Below the pieces are notes generated by a model, which was given only the letters and a program-made list of their open reading frames with translations, made no database searches and had not been told where the DNA came from. A stretch of DNA of 63,979 bases, filler included, from Reclinomonas americana ATCC 50394 (lineage: Eukaryota): assembly GCA_048213135.1 (NCBI GenBank). It is 5 parts of 4 records of this genome, joined end to end, with 100 filler letters (N's around TTAATTAATTAA, not from the genome) between each part and the next. Parts side by side here need not be neighbours in the genome. Positions count along the whole stretch, not along the records: positions 1 to 19,056 come from PS015307.1; 4 more parts are not named here. The stretch is one strand, 5' to 3'. A program made the translations under genes and the position numbers. Positions within the stretch are counted from its first letter, which is position 1; the number at the start of each line of letters is the position of its first letter. Positions 1 through 10,712 of the stretch are shown piece by piece.

Positions 1-1
1 A

Positions 2-1501
2 TCAGCAGCAGCAGCAGCAGCGGGAGGAGCAGCAGCGGGTGGATCGTCGTCGTCGGGTGCTGGTGGTGGTGGTGGTAAGCATCAGCATGGGTCGGCATCG
101 GCAGCTGCGGCGGCGGCGGCGGAGGCCGAGCCGCATTGCATGATTCGTGCGACGGATGGGAAGGATAAGCTGAGCACGGTGGTGAGTGGTGTATGTGGTG
201 GAAGGGAGGGAGGGTGGAAGGTCTTCTCTCTTGCGCACGTGGGTGCTTGTTCTTTTTGTGGTTGTGGTGGGTTGTCGTGCTGCATTTCGTCAGTGATTCG
301 GCGCGATCTCTCATTCTTGATCTCTATTCCCTTTCGTCTTGCTCGTTTCCTCATTTGAGCTGCCCTTCTACAGCCGTCTCTCTCTCTCCCTTGGACTCCC
401 TTATCATCTGTTCATCCCACAGCTGCTTTCTGCTCTCTGCTTCTCTCTCGTTCCATGATTAGTTGACAGCACGTGCTCAGCCTCGTTTAATAACCTGCCT
501 GCTCACTTTCTTTCTCAACTTGTGGCTTGCATGTTAGCACGCGTGTTGTTTCATGGTTGTTGTTTGCAGCATATTGCATCGTGCTCTCGCACATTCGCGT
601 CTTCGTTTCTCGAGCTGCCTTGCTCGTGTCTCTCTCTCTCTCNNNNNNNNNNNNNNNNNNNNNNNNNNNNNNNNNNNNNNNNNNNNNNNNNNNNNNNNNN
701 NNNNNNNNNNNNNNNNNNNNNNNNNNNNNNNNNNNNNNNNNNNNNNNNNNNNNNNNNNNNNNNNNNNNNNNNNNNNNNNNNNNNNNNNNNNNNNNNNNNN
801 NNNNNNNNNNNNNNNNNNNNNNNNNNNNNNNNNNNNNNNNNNNNNNNNNNNNNNNNNNNNNNNNNNNNNNNNNNNNNNNNNNNNNNNNNNNNNNNNNNNN
901 NNNNNNNNNNNNNNNNNNNNNNNNNNNNNNNNNNNNNNNNNNNNNNNNNNNNNNNNNNNNNNNNNNNNNNNNNNNNNNNNNNNNNNNNNNNNNNNNNNNN
1001 NNNNNNNNNNNNNNNNNNNNNNNNNNNNNNNNNNNNNNNNNNNNNNNNNNNNNNNNNNNNNNNNNNNNNNNNNNNNNNNNNNNNNNNNNNNNNNNNNNNN
1101 NNNNNNNNNTCTCACGCTTATCAGCACGTCCTCTTGCTGAGTTGTAGCAGTTACTCGAGGTGCCTTGCTTCTCTCACCGTGCTTCTCTTTTGTTGTTGAG
1201 CTGCATGTCCGCCCGTCATGCCACAGTCTCTGTTCTCTGTGCCATGTTCGATGCGCCAGCGCACGTTGATTGCGTTGCCCTGCACATCTTCCAGGCTGTC
1301 GTCTCACTTGCTGTGTTCCTTCTCCCTCTTTAAGTCTTCACGATTGCTGTTTCGCACCTCTTCCTTCATCCTTCTCACTCGAACCCTTCCCCTCGCTGTC
1401 AGATCGCCTCGCGAGATGTTGTCAAGTTCCACATGAAGCTCTCAGAGGTGGCACGAACGCGTTTCAACGCACTGAAGAAGCGCGAGAAGAAGAGGAAGTA
1501 G
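2..1501 (+). CDS. SRP14: Signal recognition particle 14 kDa protein, 5'-truncated; exons <2-181 and 1403-1501
   Basis: Splicing GTG|GTGAGT (182) to CAG|ATC (1403) gives PHCMIRATDGKDKLSTV|IASRDVVKFHMKLSEVARTRFNALKKREKKRK*. This matches the SRP14 C-terminus (CLIRATDGKKKISTV...KF...LKKRDKK). Confidence 0.88.
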
Positions 1502-1589
1502 ACGGACGCACGAGTTGTCCACAAAAAAAGAAAGCGAGCTGCTCGGAATGAAAAATTGGTCTTTGGTCTCTCTCGTTTTTTTGCGCCTC

Positions 1590-3098
1590 ATGATACGCAG
1601 AGTGTGTCTGCTTTTCGCGCTCCTGGCCTTTCTTGTGGCAATGGCCTCGTGCGTGGCCGAGGGGCGTCAAGCGACTCTGACGTACAAGCCTGTGAAGACT
1701 CTTCGCGGCCTCGACTTTTTCGACCCCGCCAACTTCAACTTTGACACGTTCAACGATCCCACCAATGGCTACGTGGACTACGTGAGCCGCGCGGAGGCCA
1801 TGTCGCTGGGCTTGACCTCGGTCGCCGCCAACGGCAATGCAGTCATTCGCGTCGAGTCGTCACAGGTGTGTGTGTGTGTGTGTGCGTGTGTGTGCTGCTA
1901 TAGTCCTCCACACGCGCTCTGGTGTGGCATGCAGCGCAGTGTGCGTTCGTGTTTCCTCCTTTTTTCCGCATGTTGGATGGCGATTGCTCGATTGGCCGGC
2001 TCTCTCATTTCTTCTCGCGCACTTTGCACAGATCCCTGTCAGCACTGCACGTGGGCGCAAGTCGGTGCGCATCAGCTCCACCGCTGTCTACAACTCCAAC
2101 ATGCTGTTCGTGTTGGATCTCGATCTTGCGCCCGCTGGCTGCGCGACGTGGCCGGCCTATTGGTTCCTCGGACCCAGCTGGCCCAACAATGGGGAGATCG
2201 ATGTCATTGAGGGCGTGAACACCATGAGCCGCGTGCAGACAACACTGCACACCAACAACGGGTGCACCATGGCCGGTGAGAGCCCGTCGCTGTTCACTGG
2301 GTCATGGGGCATCGGCACCAACAATCAGCCGGCCACCAACTGCTATATCTACGCCGCCAACCAATACCCGAATCAGGGGTGCGTGGCTGTAGGGAGGGAG
2401 AGGGAGAGGGCGTCATTGTGTCTCTGAAGTGAGGAGAAGCTGACACACTGGTGAGCAGGTGTGGCATTCTTGGAGCTAATAACTCGGTGAGCTCATCATG
2501 ATGCACCGTCTTGCGCCTGCGCTTCAGCGACACTCACCGATGCGTCTACACTATCTTGCCCCCCACCTCGCATGCAGTACGGACCAGGTTTCAACAGCAA
2601 CGGTGGCGGTATTTACGCCATGGCGTTCGAGGGCACCTCCATCCGCATGTGCGTTGTGCTTTCATCTTCAACACTGCAGCTGTCGTCTCACCGCCTTGTT
2701 GCTTGTGGTCCACAGGTGGTTCTGGCCGCGTGGCACTGCGCCTCCACCTGATGTACAATCGACAGCACCAAAGCCAGACACGTGGGGCACTCCGTACGCT
2801 TACTTCGCACTCGGCTCCCAGTGTGCGGCGCGTCACTTCAACAACCAGCAGCTGATCATCAAGTTGCGCATCGTGCTGCTTCTCTGCAGTATGCACACCT
2901 GCTCACTGACCTCGTCTATCTTCGTACAGTACGACTCTGTGCGGCGATTGGGCCGGCAACAGCTCAGCATGGAGCTCGAGCGGCTGTGCCGCGAAATTCC
3001 CGGACTACGCCACTTGCAACGACGTGGCACGCTTCCACCCAGAGATCTTTGCCGAGGCGTACTGGTCTATACGCTCGCTGGCAATGTACACAGCTTGA
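1590..3098 (+). CDS. Secreted GH16 endo-1,3(4)-beta-glucanase (laminarinase-like), copy 1; 6 exons (1590-1865, 2032-2378, 2459-2486, 2578-2648, 2716-2862, 2930-3098)
   Basis: Signal peptide MIRRVCLLFALLAFLVAMA. Motifs DPTNGYVDYV, RGRKSVRI, GCATWPAYW, catalytic GEIDVIEGVN, WFWPR, IINTTLCGDWAG and EAYWSI. All introns are GT-AG and in frame. Confidence 0.93.
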
Positions 3099-3305
3099 GT
3101 CCCTCGAGCTCCTGCATGCGCGGCTGATAAAACACCAATTTTGAAATCGTCAAGCCCTTGCATGCAAGAACAAGGCGCATTAGAGATCGCCGCACGTTTT
3201 CCGCTCTGTATAGTAGCACACAACCTGCAGTGCAACTCTAGCGTCGCGACTTCCACAGATCCGACTTCCACATACGAGACGGGACAACTCACACACATTC
3301 CGCCG

Positions 3306-4777
3306 ATGTCACGCAACGTGTGCCTGCTCATCGGCCTGTTGCTGCTGGCCGCCGCCGTGGCCCACCTCACAGAGGCACGCGCCTTGCCACCGACGCAGTC
3401 GTACAGGCTTCTGACAACCTACAGAGGAAGCGGCTTCTTCGCGGCCTCCAATTTCACGTTTGAGACCGAGAACGATCCCACCAACGGCTACGTGGACTAT
3501 GTGGGTCGCGACGAGGCACTGTCACGTCACCTGGCCGATGTGGATGCCTCCGGGAATGCCATTCTGCGCGTCGACACCTCGCAGGTGAATGCATTCATTC
3601 AATGCGTTTTCTTCCGATCGCCACCACTCACTGATTGTGCGTTTGCGTGTGCAGATCCCCAGCAACACGGCGCGTGGTCGCAAGTCTGTGCGCATCACCT
3701 CCACCACCGCCTACAATCCCAACACGCTGTTTGTGCTCGATCTGGACCACATGCCCACCGGGTGTGCGACGTGGCCGGCGTTTTGGCTCGTCGGCGACGA
3801 CTGGCCCAACAATGGCGAGATCGACATTATCGAGGGCGTCAACACGCAGTCGGTGGTGCAGACCACGTTGCACACCAACGACGGCTGCTCCATGGCCGGT
3901 CAAAGCTCGTCGTTGATGACGGGGCACTGGGCGCTCGGCACCAACAATCAGCCGGCCACCAACTGCTATGTGAACGCACCGAATCAGTTCGGCAACCAAG
4001 GGTGCGTGATTGGAGCTGCATCTCTTGCCACGTAGCAGGCGCGAGCTGACGCTGTGTTGTTCCCATCGAGGCACAGTTGCGGCATTGTTGGTGCCGATCA
4101 ATCGGTGCGTCGCAACTCTTGCTTCTTCTGCTTCTGATTCTTCTTGTTCTGCTTCGCCTTGTTGTTGCTGTCCTTCCCTTCCCCTTCCCCTTCCCCTCTC
4201 TCTCTCTCTCTCTCTCTCTCCTTCTCCTCCTCCTCTTCTCTTTCTTCTTCTTCTTCTTCTTCTTCTTCTTCTTCTTCTTCTTCTTCTTCTTGTCCTTACC
4301 AGCATTGTGTGACAATTCTCGCAGATGGGCTCTCCATTCAACAACCGCGGTGGTGGTGTGTATGCCACCGCCTTTGAGACATCGTCCATCCGTGTGTGGT
4401 TCTGGCCGCGTGGACAAGTGCCCAGCAACGTGCAGTCGGCCTCGCCCGACCCGAACACCTGGGGCGCCCCGTACGCCTACTTTACACTTGGTCCGCAGTG
4501 CCCGACAAAGCACTTTAACAACCTGCGCGTGGTCATCAAGTTGCGCGCACTTTTCGCTCGCCACCACCGCGTACTTCCTGTGCGCACCCCCCTCATATTT
4601 TTGTCCCCCGCGCTCAGCACCACTCTGTGCGGCGACTGGGCCGGCGCGGTGTGGGCCGCCAGCGGCTGCGCGCAAAAGTTCATGGAGCAGTCGTGCAGCG
4701 ACACCACCCGCTTCCACCCGGAGATCTTCACCGAGGCCTACTGGTCCCTGCGATCGCTGGCGGTGTACACGGCTTGA
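3306..4777 (+). CDS. Secreted GH16 endo-1,3(4)-beta-glucanase, tandem copy 2; 5 exons
   Basis: Signal peptide MSRNVCLLIGLLLLAAAVA. Motifs DPTNGYVDYV, GEIDIIEGVN, WFWPRG and INTTLCGDWAG. Ends YTA* like copy 1. Confidence 0.93.
4174..4291. repeat. Compound polypyrimidine microsatellite (TTCCCC)n-(CT)n-(CCT)n-(CTT)n in a GH16 intron
   Basis: Directly visible simple repeats. Confidence 0.9.
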
Positions 4778-4853
4778 GAGGTCGCCCTTGTGCATGAACG
4801 ACGGCAACGACGAAGCTGTCCGTCCTGCTGTTTTCCATTTTTCCTTGTTGTTT

Positions 4854-5858
4854 ATGAGCGACGACGAAGGCAGTGGCACTCTCCGACGATCGCAGCGCAA
4901 ACGCACTCGCCCAAGATCTCCGTCGCCACCCGCACCATCCTCTTCTGCACAAGAGAAGACGATTGACACTGCACACGAGCCACCACTCAAACGCGCCCAC
5001 ACATCACCCGCCGCCATGCATCCACTCATCGGAGCACTCCGACTCTCCTTTGCCGCACGCGCCGACCCTGTGCGAGCCGCCGCCCAATCCGCGTGTTTCG
5101 TGTCTCTCTCTGTGTGTCTGAGTGCACGTGCACGCAGCGTGTGATTGACACACTGTGACTGCAGACATGCGCAACAAGTTTGAGTTCTTCGGCCTCTGCG
5201 CTCCCGATCGTCGCGAGTGCCAGCGAGAGCCCTTTGCACAGCATCCACCCGCCACACTGCCAGTGTACGTGCAAGGTTGGTGTTTCCTCTCGCGCGCGCT
5301 CTCTCCTTCTCCCTCCTCTCACACAAACAAGTCATGCGCGAGATGTGGGCGCAACCCGAACGCGACTTCCAGCAGGCCGCTCTCGACTACGGTGCCAAGT
5401 TCCAGCCGCGTCTGTGCCACTCACTGGACGACGCCACGCACCTGCTATCGGTGTACCGTGATCTGGCGGTCGACAAGTCGTGGTGGGATACCGTGGACAT
5501 GCTGGCGTCGAAGCTCATCGGCGGTGTGGTGCGTGCTCATCGTGACACCCTGCTGCCGGTCATCGACAGCAGCTGGATTGAGCCGCCCGACGGCAATCTG
5601 TGGATCCGACGCTGTGCGCTGCTGTGCCAGCTGAGCTGGAAACGCGAGATGGACTTGGAGCGCGTGTGGCGCTACTGCAGGATCGCGTGCGCCGTGCCGA
5701 AACACGAACACGAGTTCTTCACGCACAAGGCGGTCGGCTGGTTGCTGCGGGAGACCGCCAAGACATTCCCGCAGCAAGTTCGTGAGTTTGTCAGAGAGGA
5801 GCGCGACCAGATGCCGGCATTGTCGTTCCGTGAGGCCACCAAGCACATAAAAGCTTGA
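4854..5858 (+). CDS. AlkD-like DNA alkylation repair glycosylase (HEAT-like repeat family); 3 exons
   Basis: Spliced product contains ADPVRAAAQSA-YMRNKFEFFGLCAPDRR, MWAQPERDFQ, KSWWDTVDMLA, NLWIRRCALL and EFFTHKAVGWLLRETAK, all AlkD family motifs. Confidence 0.85.
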
Positions 5859-6089
5859 GCAAGAGTCCGAACAATCTGCGGTATTGGCGTGTTGTGTTTC
5901 CAGACACGCGGCTCTCGTCAACTCACCTGTGACTGTGCCGCGCTGAGTGTGTGTGCACGCATCACACTCTCCAGGCTGCCACTGAAACGGCGAGTGTGCG
6001 CGCGTGCGCCGTCTCTGTGAAATCGCGCGAGTCGAACAAGGCAAATTTCACTGTCACCTGCGCCCCGCTCCGCACACACACACGCGCAC

Positions 6090-7572
6090 ATGCAAGCGCC
6101 GGCCATTCAGCTTGACGTGCTGGAGACGGTGCTTGGCGACAGTCGCCTGCACCTCCCTCCTCTTGAGCGCGACACCGGCAATGCCACCTCGTCGTCATCT
6201 CTGTCCGCGGGTGCGCGACCCTCAAAACGCTTTCCCACCGCCGCCTCTGCTGGAGCTTCTCCTGTGCCACTAATGGGCATCTCTCTGAGTCCACTCTCTG
6301 CGGGCGGCAGCGGCGACATGATCACGGTGATTTCACCGTCAGACCGAGATCGTGTGGGAAGGCGAGAGGCTGCTTCTGGTGCTCCTCCGCCTCGCAGACC
6401 AGCACGCTCAGGTACGCGCGTGCCTCTCCCTCTCTCTCTCTCACGCTCTCCACTCCACTCCTCTTGCTTTGTTCCATTCAACATTGATGGGCGAGTCGCG
6501 CAGTGTCGCCCATGGATCACTTGCGTTCGTTAATGGCTGCGGCGCCTTCATCATCCTCCGGCAAGATGCCACCGCGCAGTGAGCACACAAGTCCGCGGAA
6601 TGAGCGAGGTGCTGGTGGCGGTGGTGGTGGTGCGGTGGGTGGCAAGCCGGGAGCGCTGCGTTCAGGCCGAGTGGCGCCCATGCCGACGGCGATTGAAGAC
6701 GAAACGCGGGTTTCGTACCTCGTGTGCTGCTGGCAAAGTATATGGGTTTTTTTCTCACACTTGCTGGTTGGTGGGCAGTTTACGCTGGAGGCCGCGGCAC
6801 AGAAACTGGTGGTGGCACCGTCGATGGAGATGCATGGTCTGAGCGATCAGGACACGCGGGCAGTGGTGGACCGGCGTGCCTACTTGCGGTCGCTGCGCAC
6901 GATTGAAAGCGACGCCACCATGTCCTCCATGTATCTCGACGCACCTCGTCTGCCGCTGTCGCTGTCGTCGTCCGACTCGTCACGAGGGTCGTCGCCACGG
7001 CGGGCGGGTCAGCAGGGCGACGTGAAGATGATCAAGGGCGGCTACACGGCACACGCCGACGACCTCGGCATGCGGCTGTGGGAGCGTGTGGAGAAGCGCA
7101 AGAACGGCAACCTCCCGGCTCCCGGTGGCGTCGGCAAGTCTGCGCCTTCGCCGCCCACCGAATCGTCACTGTTGTTGCGTTGCGCCGTCCCCGTGTCGCC
7201 CGCATCACTGGAGGGAAGAACTAATATTGTTTGTGTTTACTCGCTGCAGTGCTGCTGCTGCTGCTCGACTGGCGCCAGTGGACGGCCCAGCAGGCTCGCC
7301 GACAGCGACCACGGAGGTCAGCCCTGTGGCCGGTCGTCGATCACGGACACGCTCACCGCAACCCATGCCGGTGGGTCGTCGATCGCCATCGTCCTCAACA
7401 ACAGCAGGAGCAACCGCGACGCAGCAGCAGCAACAACAACAACTGGTCCAGCCCGCCGGCTCATGTTGCGTTGCTCGACGTGCCGTGCGGTCGCCTGTTG
7501 CCGGTAGCTCACCTTTACTGCCTCTCCAGTGTATGCTGCTCGACGTGCCCCACTGGCTGAAGTCGACGAACG
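6090..7572 (+). CDS. Multi-exon Ser/Pro/Gly-rich protein of unknown function running into a gap; may be the N-terminus of the downstream WD40 gene
   Basis: ATG 6090. Phase-consistent introns with donors near 6412, 6711, 7174 and 7465 link open frames. No domain recognised. Confidence 0.5.
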
Positions 7573-8217
7573 GTGATCGTCCGGCGCGCCTGCACTGCTT
7601 AATCATTCGTCGTTTGTGTGTTTGTTGTTCGNNNNNNNNNNNNNNNNNNNNNNNNNNNNNNNNNNNNNNNNNNNNNNNNNNNNNNNNNNNNNNNNNNNNN
7701 NNNNNNNNNNNNNNNNNNNNNNNNNNNNNNNNNNNNNNNNNNNNNNNNNNNNNNNNNNNNNNNNNNNNNNNNNNNNNNNNNNNNNNNNNNNNNNNNNNNN
7801 NNNNNNNNNNNNNNNNNNNNNNNNNNNNNNNNNNNNNNNNNNNNNNNNNNNNNNNNNNNNNNNNNNNNNNNNNNNNNNNNNNNNNNNNNNNNNNNNNNNN
7901 NNNNNNNNNNNNNNNNNNNNNNNNNNNNNNNNNNNNNNNNNNNNNNNNNNNNNNNNNNNNNNNNNNNNNNNNNNNNNNNNNNNNNNNNNNNNNNNNNNNN
8001 NNNNNNNNNNNNNNNNNNNNNNNNNNNNNNNNNNNNNNNNNNNNNNNNNNNNNNNNNNNNNNNNNNNNNNNNNNNNNNNNNNNNNNNNNNNNNNNNNNNN
8101 NNNNNNNNNNNNNNNNNNNNNNNNNNNNNNNNNNNNNNNNNNNNNNNNNNNNNNNNNNNNNNNNNNNNNNNNNNNNNNNNNNNNNCTATGCAATTCTCAC
8201 GTGGCGGTATGTGACAG

Positions 8218-9636
8218 GATGTCAACTATCTGCGCACGGGCTTCGTGCACGGCGAGGAGATTCTGATGGTGGCCGACGATGCGGGTCTTGTGAGCATTCA
8301 TTTCATCGGCAGTCTCGAGACAGCCGCGCCCGTGGTTGTCCAGTTGCGAGGGGCTTTTCGTGGGATCGCGTGCCCACACAGTGCCGTTGTCTCACCGCGA
8401 GTGTTGCACAACAGAGAGCCCAAGTCGGCCTGGTCGCTGTGCTGCAGTCCGGTTGGGGCGTTCGTGGCCGCCGGCTCGAACGAGTGGACCATCACTTGTC
8501 ACGATCTTGTGAGCGGCACACAACGCGGCAGCGTATTGCGCGGTCACGCTCATAACGTGCCATGCATCGGTGCGTCTGTGCCTCTTCTGTGATGGAAGAG
8601 TGTGCGTTGCCGCTCACTCCGCTTGCAGACGTGCTGCCGGACGGCTCCTTCCTGGTCTCCTGCAGCATCGACAGCTCGGTGCGAGTGTGGAAGACTGCTG
8701 ATCGCAGCAACGCCTGTGTGGCGTCGGCCACCGTATCCACCGAGTGGTGCGCGATCGCTCTGCCTCTGTATTTCGTTTTCAAGCGCGTTTGTTTCTGAGC
8801 AGTCGAGTGCACTGCACTGCAGGTTGTGGTCTGTGCGATGGTTGAAACGAAGCAGCATCATGCGGATACCACGGTGCGTGCCAGCGTCGACACGTATGCG
8901 TGCAGTTGACTGACAGCACTCGTGCTGCAGTGCGCATCAGCGATTCTGGCTCGTGGTGATCAACGGTCTCCTCACCTCACACGCGTTGCGTACTCCGGCG
9001 ATGCTCCGCGAGGAGGAGCTCGACGACTCGATCGAAGACGGTGTGGAGAGCGGTGAGGAGGAGGAAGAGGAGGAGGAAAGTGATGACGGCGATGCAGGTG
9101 TTGGACGGGTGGCTGATGTCGATCGCGCGGACGGTGATGCGGACGAGGACGACGATGATGACGATGATGATGGTGAGGAAGATGAGGATGAGGATGGCGA
9201 AATGAGGGAGGATGGAGCTGGGCAAGTTGACGGCAGAGCGGATGGCGAGGACGGCGACAGTGATGGCAGTGGATCACAGCGAGAGAGAATACCAGCTGCT
9301 GATGATTCGAGCTTCGTTGTTGTTGACGGAGTCGCGTCGGGCTCCACCGCCGCTGCTTCTCCACCTCCGCCCGAGTTGCGTACTCGACTCATCGAGTTTG
9401 ACGGGAAATGACTTGCCCCTCACTGAGTCGCCCAGAGCTGCACCATCACATGGTGTCGATCCGGAGAACCTCGTTCTGTGCTGCTCGAAATCGCGTTGCG
9501 TGATGATTCACACGCTGATTGCCCAAAGGTTGAGCATGCCCTCACTTGCCACCCACAGACTTGTTCCTGTTGGACCACGAGTTGCGGGAGCTGGCGTGCA
9601 TGTATGTAGACCGCATGCGGTCGATGATGTTGCCGC
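8218..9636 (+). CDS. CRT10-like WD40 protein, middle exons
   Basis: DVNYLRTGFVHGEEILMVADDAGLV, SAWSL, AAGSNEWTIT, LRGHAHNVPCI and LVSCSIDSSVRVWK (WD40), followed by an acidic insert. Confidence 0.65.
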
Positions 9637-9699
9637 GTTGCGTGAGCGGTTGCCTCTACTCTTTCCCCTTTGCTNNNNNNNNNNNNNNNNNNNNCTCAG

Positions 9700-9917
9700 G
9701 CACCATCTACTACGTCTTTGGTTTCTCCATGATGGTGGTGGCAACGCGCAAGCAAACAGGAAAATTTGACATTAGCGACAAGCCTCTCCTGGAGCCTGAT
9801 GCTCCGCGAGGCCGACAGGGCCGCCAGCGCGAACTCAGCGCTCCCATCGGTGGTGATAATGAGGCAGACAAGCCGGTCGCCGTGGCGGCACAGCGTGTTC
9901 CGGAGGGTGCGGCGTAA
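9700..9917 (+). CDS. Terminal exon of the ABCG transporter, on an inverted contig
   Basis: CTCAG|GC ACC ATC TAC TAC completes the last TM helix (IVIVIVI-G-TIYYVFGFSMM), in phase with the donor at 10712 (-). Confidence 0.7.
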
Positions 9918-10119
9918 TCCTCCTCTCCACTGATTGTTTTGTGTTGTGATGTTGTTAGAGGTGGCAGTTGCTGTTTTAGTCGACAGTGCCGTATTCAGTG
10001 CGTCCTGTAGTCGTACTCGATCGTGCGTGCCTGTCGCTGCGAACCCCCCAACCCTTGTGTGTTTGTGTGTTGACATGTGTATGTGTGTGTTTTGCTGAAT
10101 CCTTCTGGTAGTACATGTA

Positions 10120-10602
10120 CTAGATGAGTGCCTCACTTGCTACAAGGCCACCGGTCTTGGCGTCATTGGCCACCTCCCACACTTGCAGAGTTCCGTCAAA
10201 GTAGAGCACGTACAGCCGAGCGCACGTCTCCTTCAGCTCGCCGACGCCGTGAGCTGTGAGGACCTCCACAGCAAATCCTGCAGGCGCGTGTCAGTGCCAC
10301 GCACACTGTGGCGCCACAAGCACAAGAAGATCAGCTCTCACCCCACAGCGGAAGAAATGACGGCTCGATGACAAGAACGGGCACAAAGGCGTACGATGAG
10401 TCGGCACCGTCAACATCGTCGCGCACAATGCGAATCAAGTTGATGCGTGAGCTGCCGCCGGAGGCCACGTAAGCGACACGCACACACAGCATTTCCCCGA
10501 CAACACCACAAAAGGCACACCTGGCTTGCGAGGCCACGATTACCAGCGACAACTCGGGCACGTATTCCAGCAGTGAGAGTCGATCCAGCGCCACACACCA
10601 CT
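10120..10602 (-). CDS. CRT10-like WD40 protein, 3' exons on an inverted contig
   Basis: DRLSLLEYVPELSLVIVASQA...RLYVLYFDGTLQVWEV...ALI*. The phase matches the donor at 9637 (C|AG = Gln). Confidence 0.65.
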
Positions 10603-10712
10603 CTGCGCACCCACGCAGAGTGTTATGAACGNNNNNNNNNNNNNNNNNNNNATGCGCACACTGAGCACCACTGCCCAGAGGAGACTCACAGAGAGACATC
10701 GGTGCGACTTAC

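Noticed and set aside
8985..8991. GTTGCGT as another shifted donor
   Set aside because: It lies in an open exon frame (HALRT) with no need for splicing, so it was excluded from the count.
9403..9415. Apparent Euplotes-like +1 frameshift (AAA TGA C) in the WD40 gene
   Set aside because: It lies inside a 61-nt intron (GA|GTTGCGT 9375 ... CCCAG|A 9435) whose removal restores the frame.
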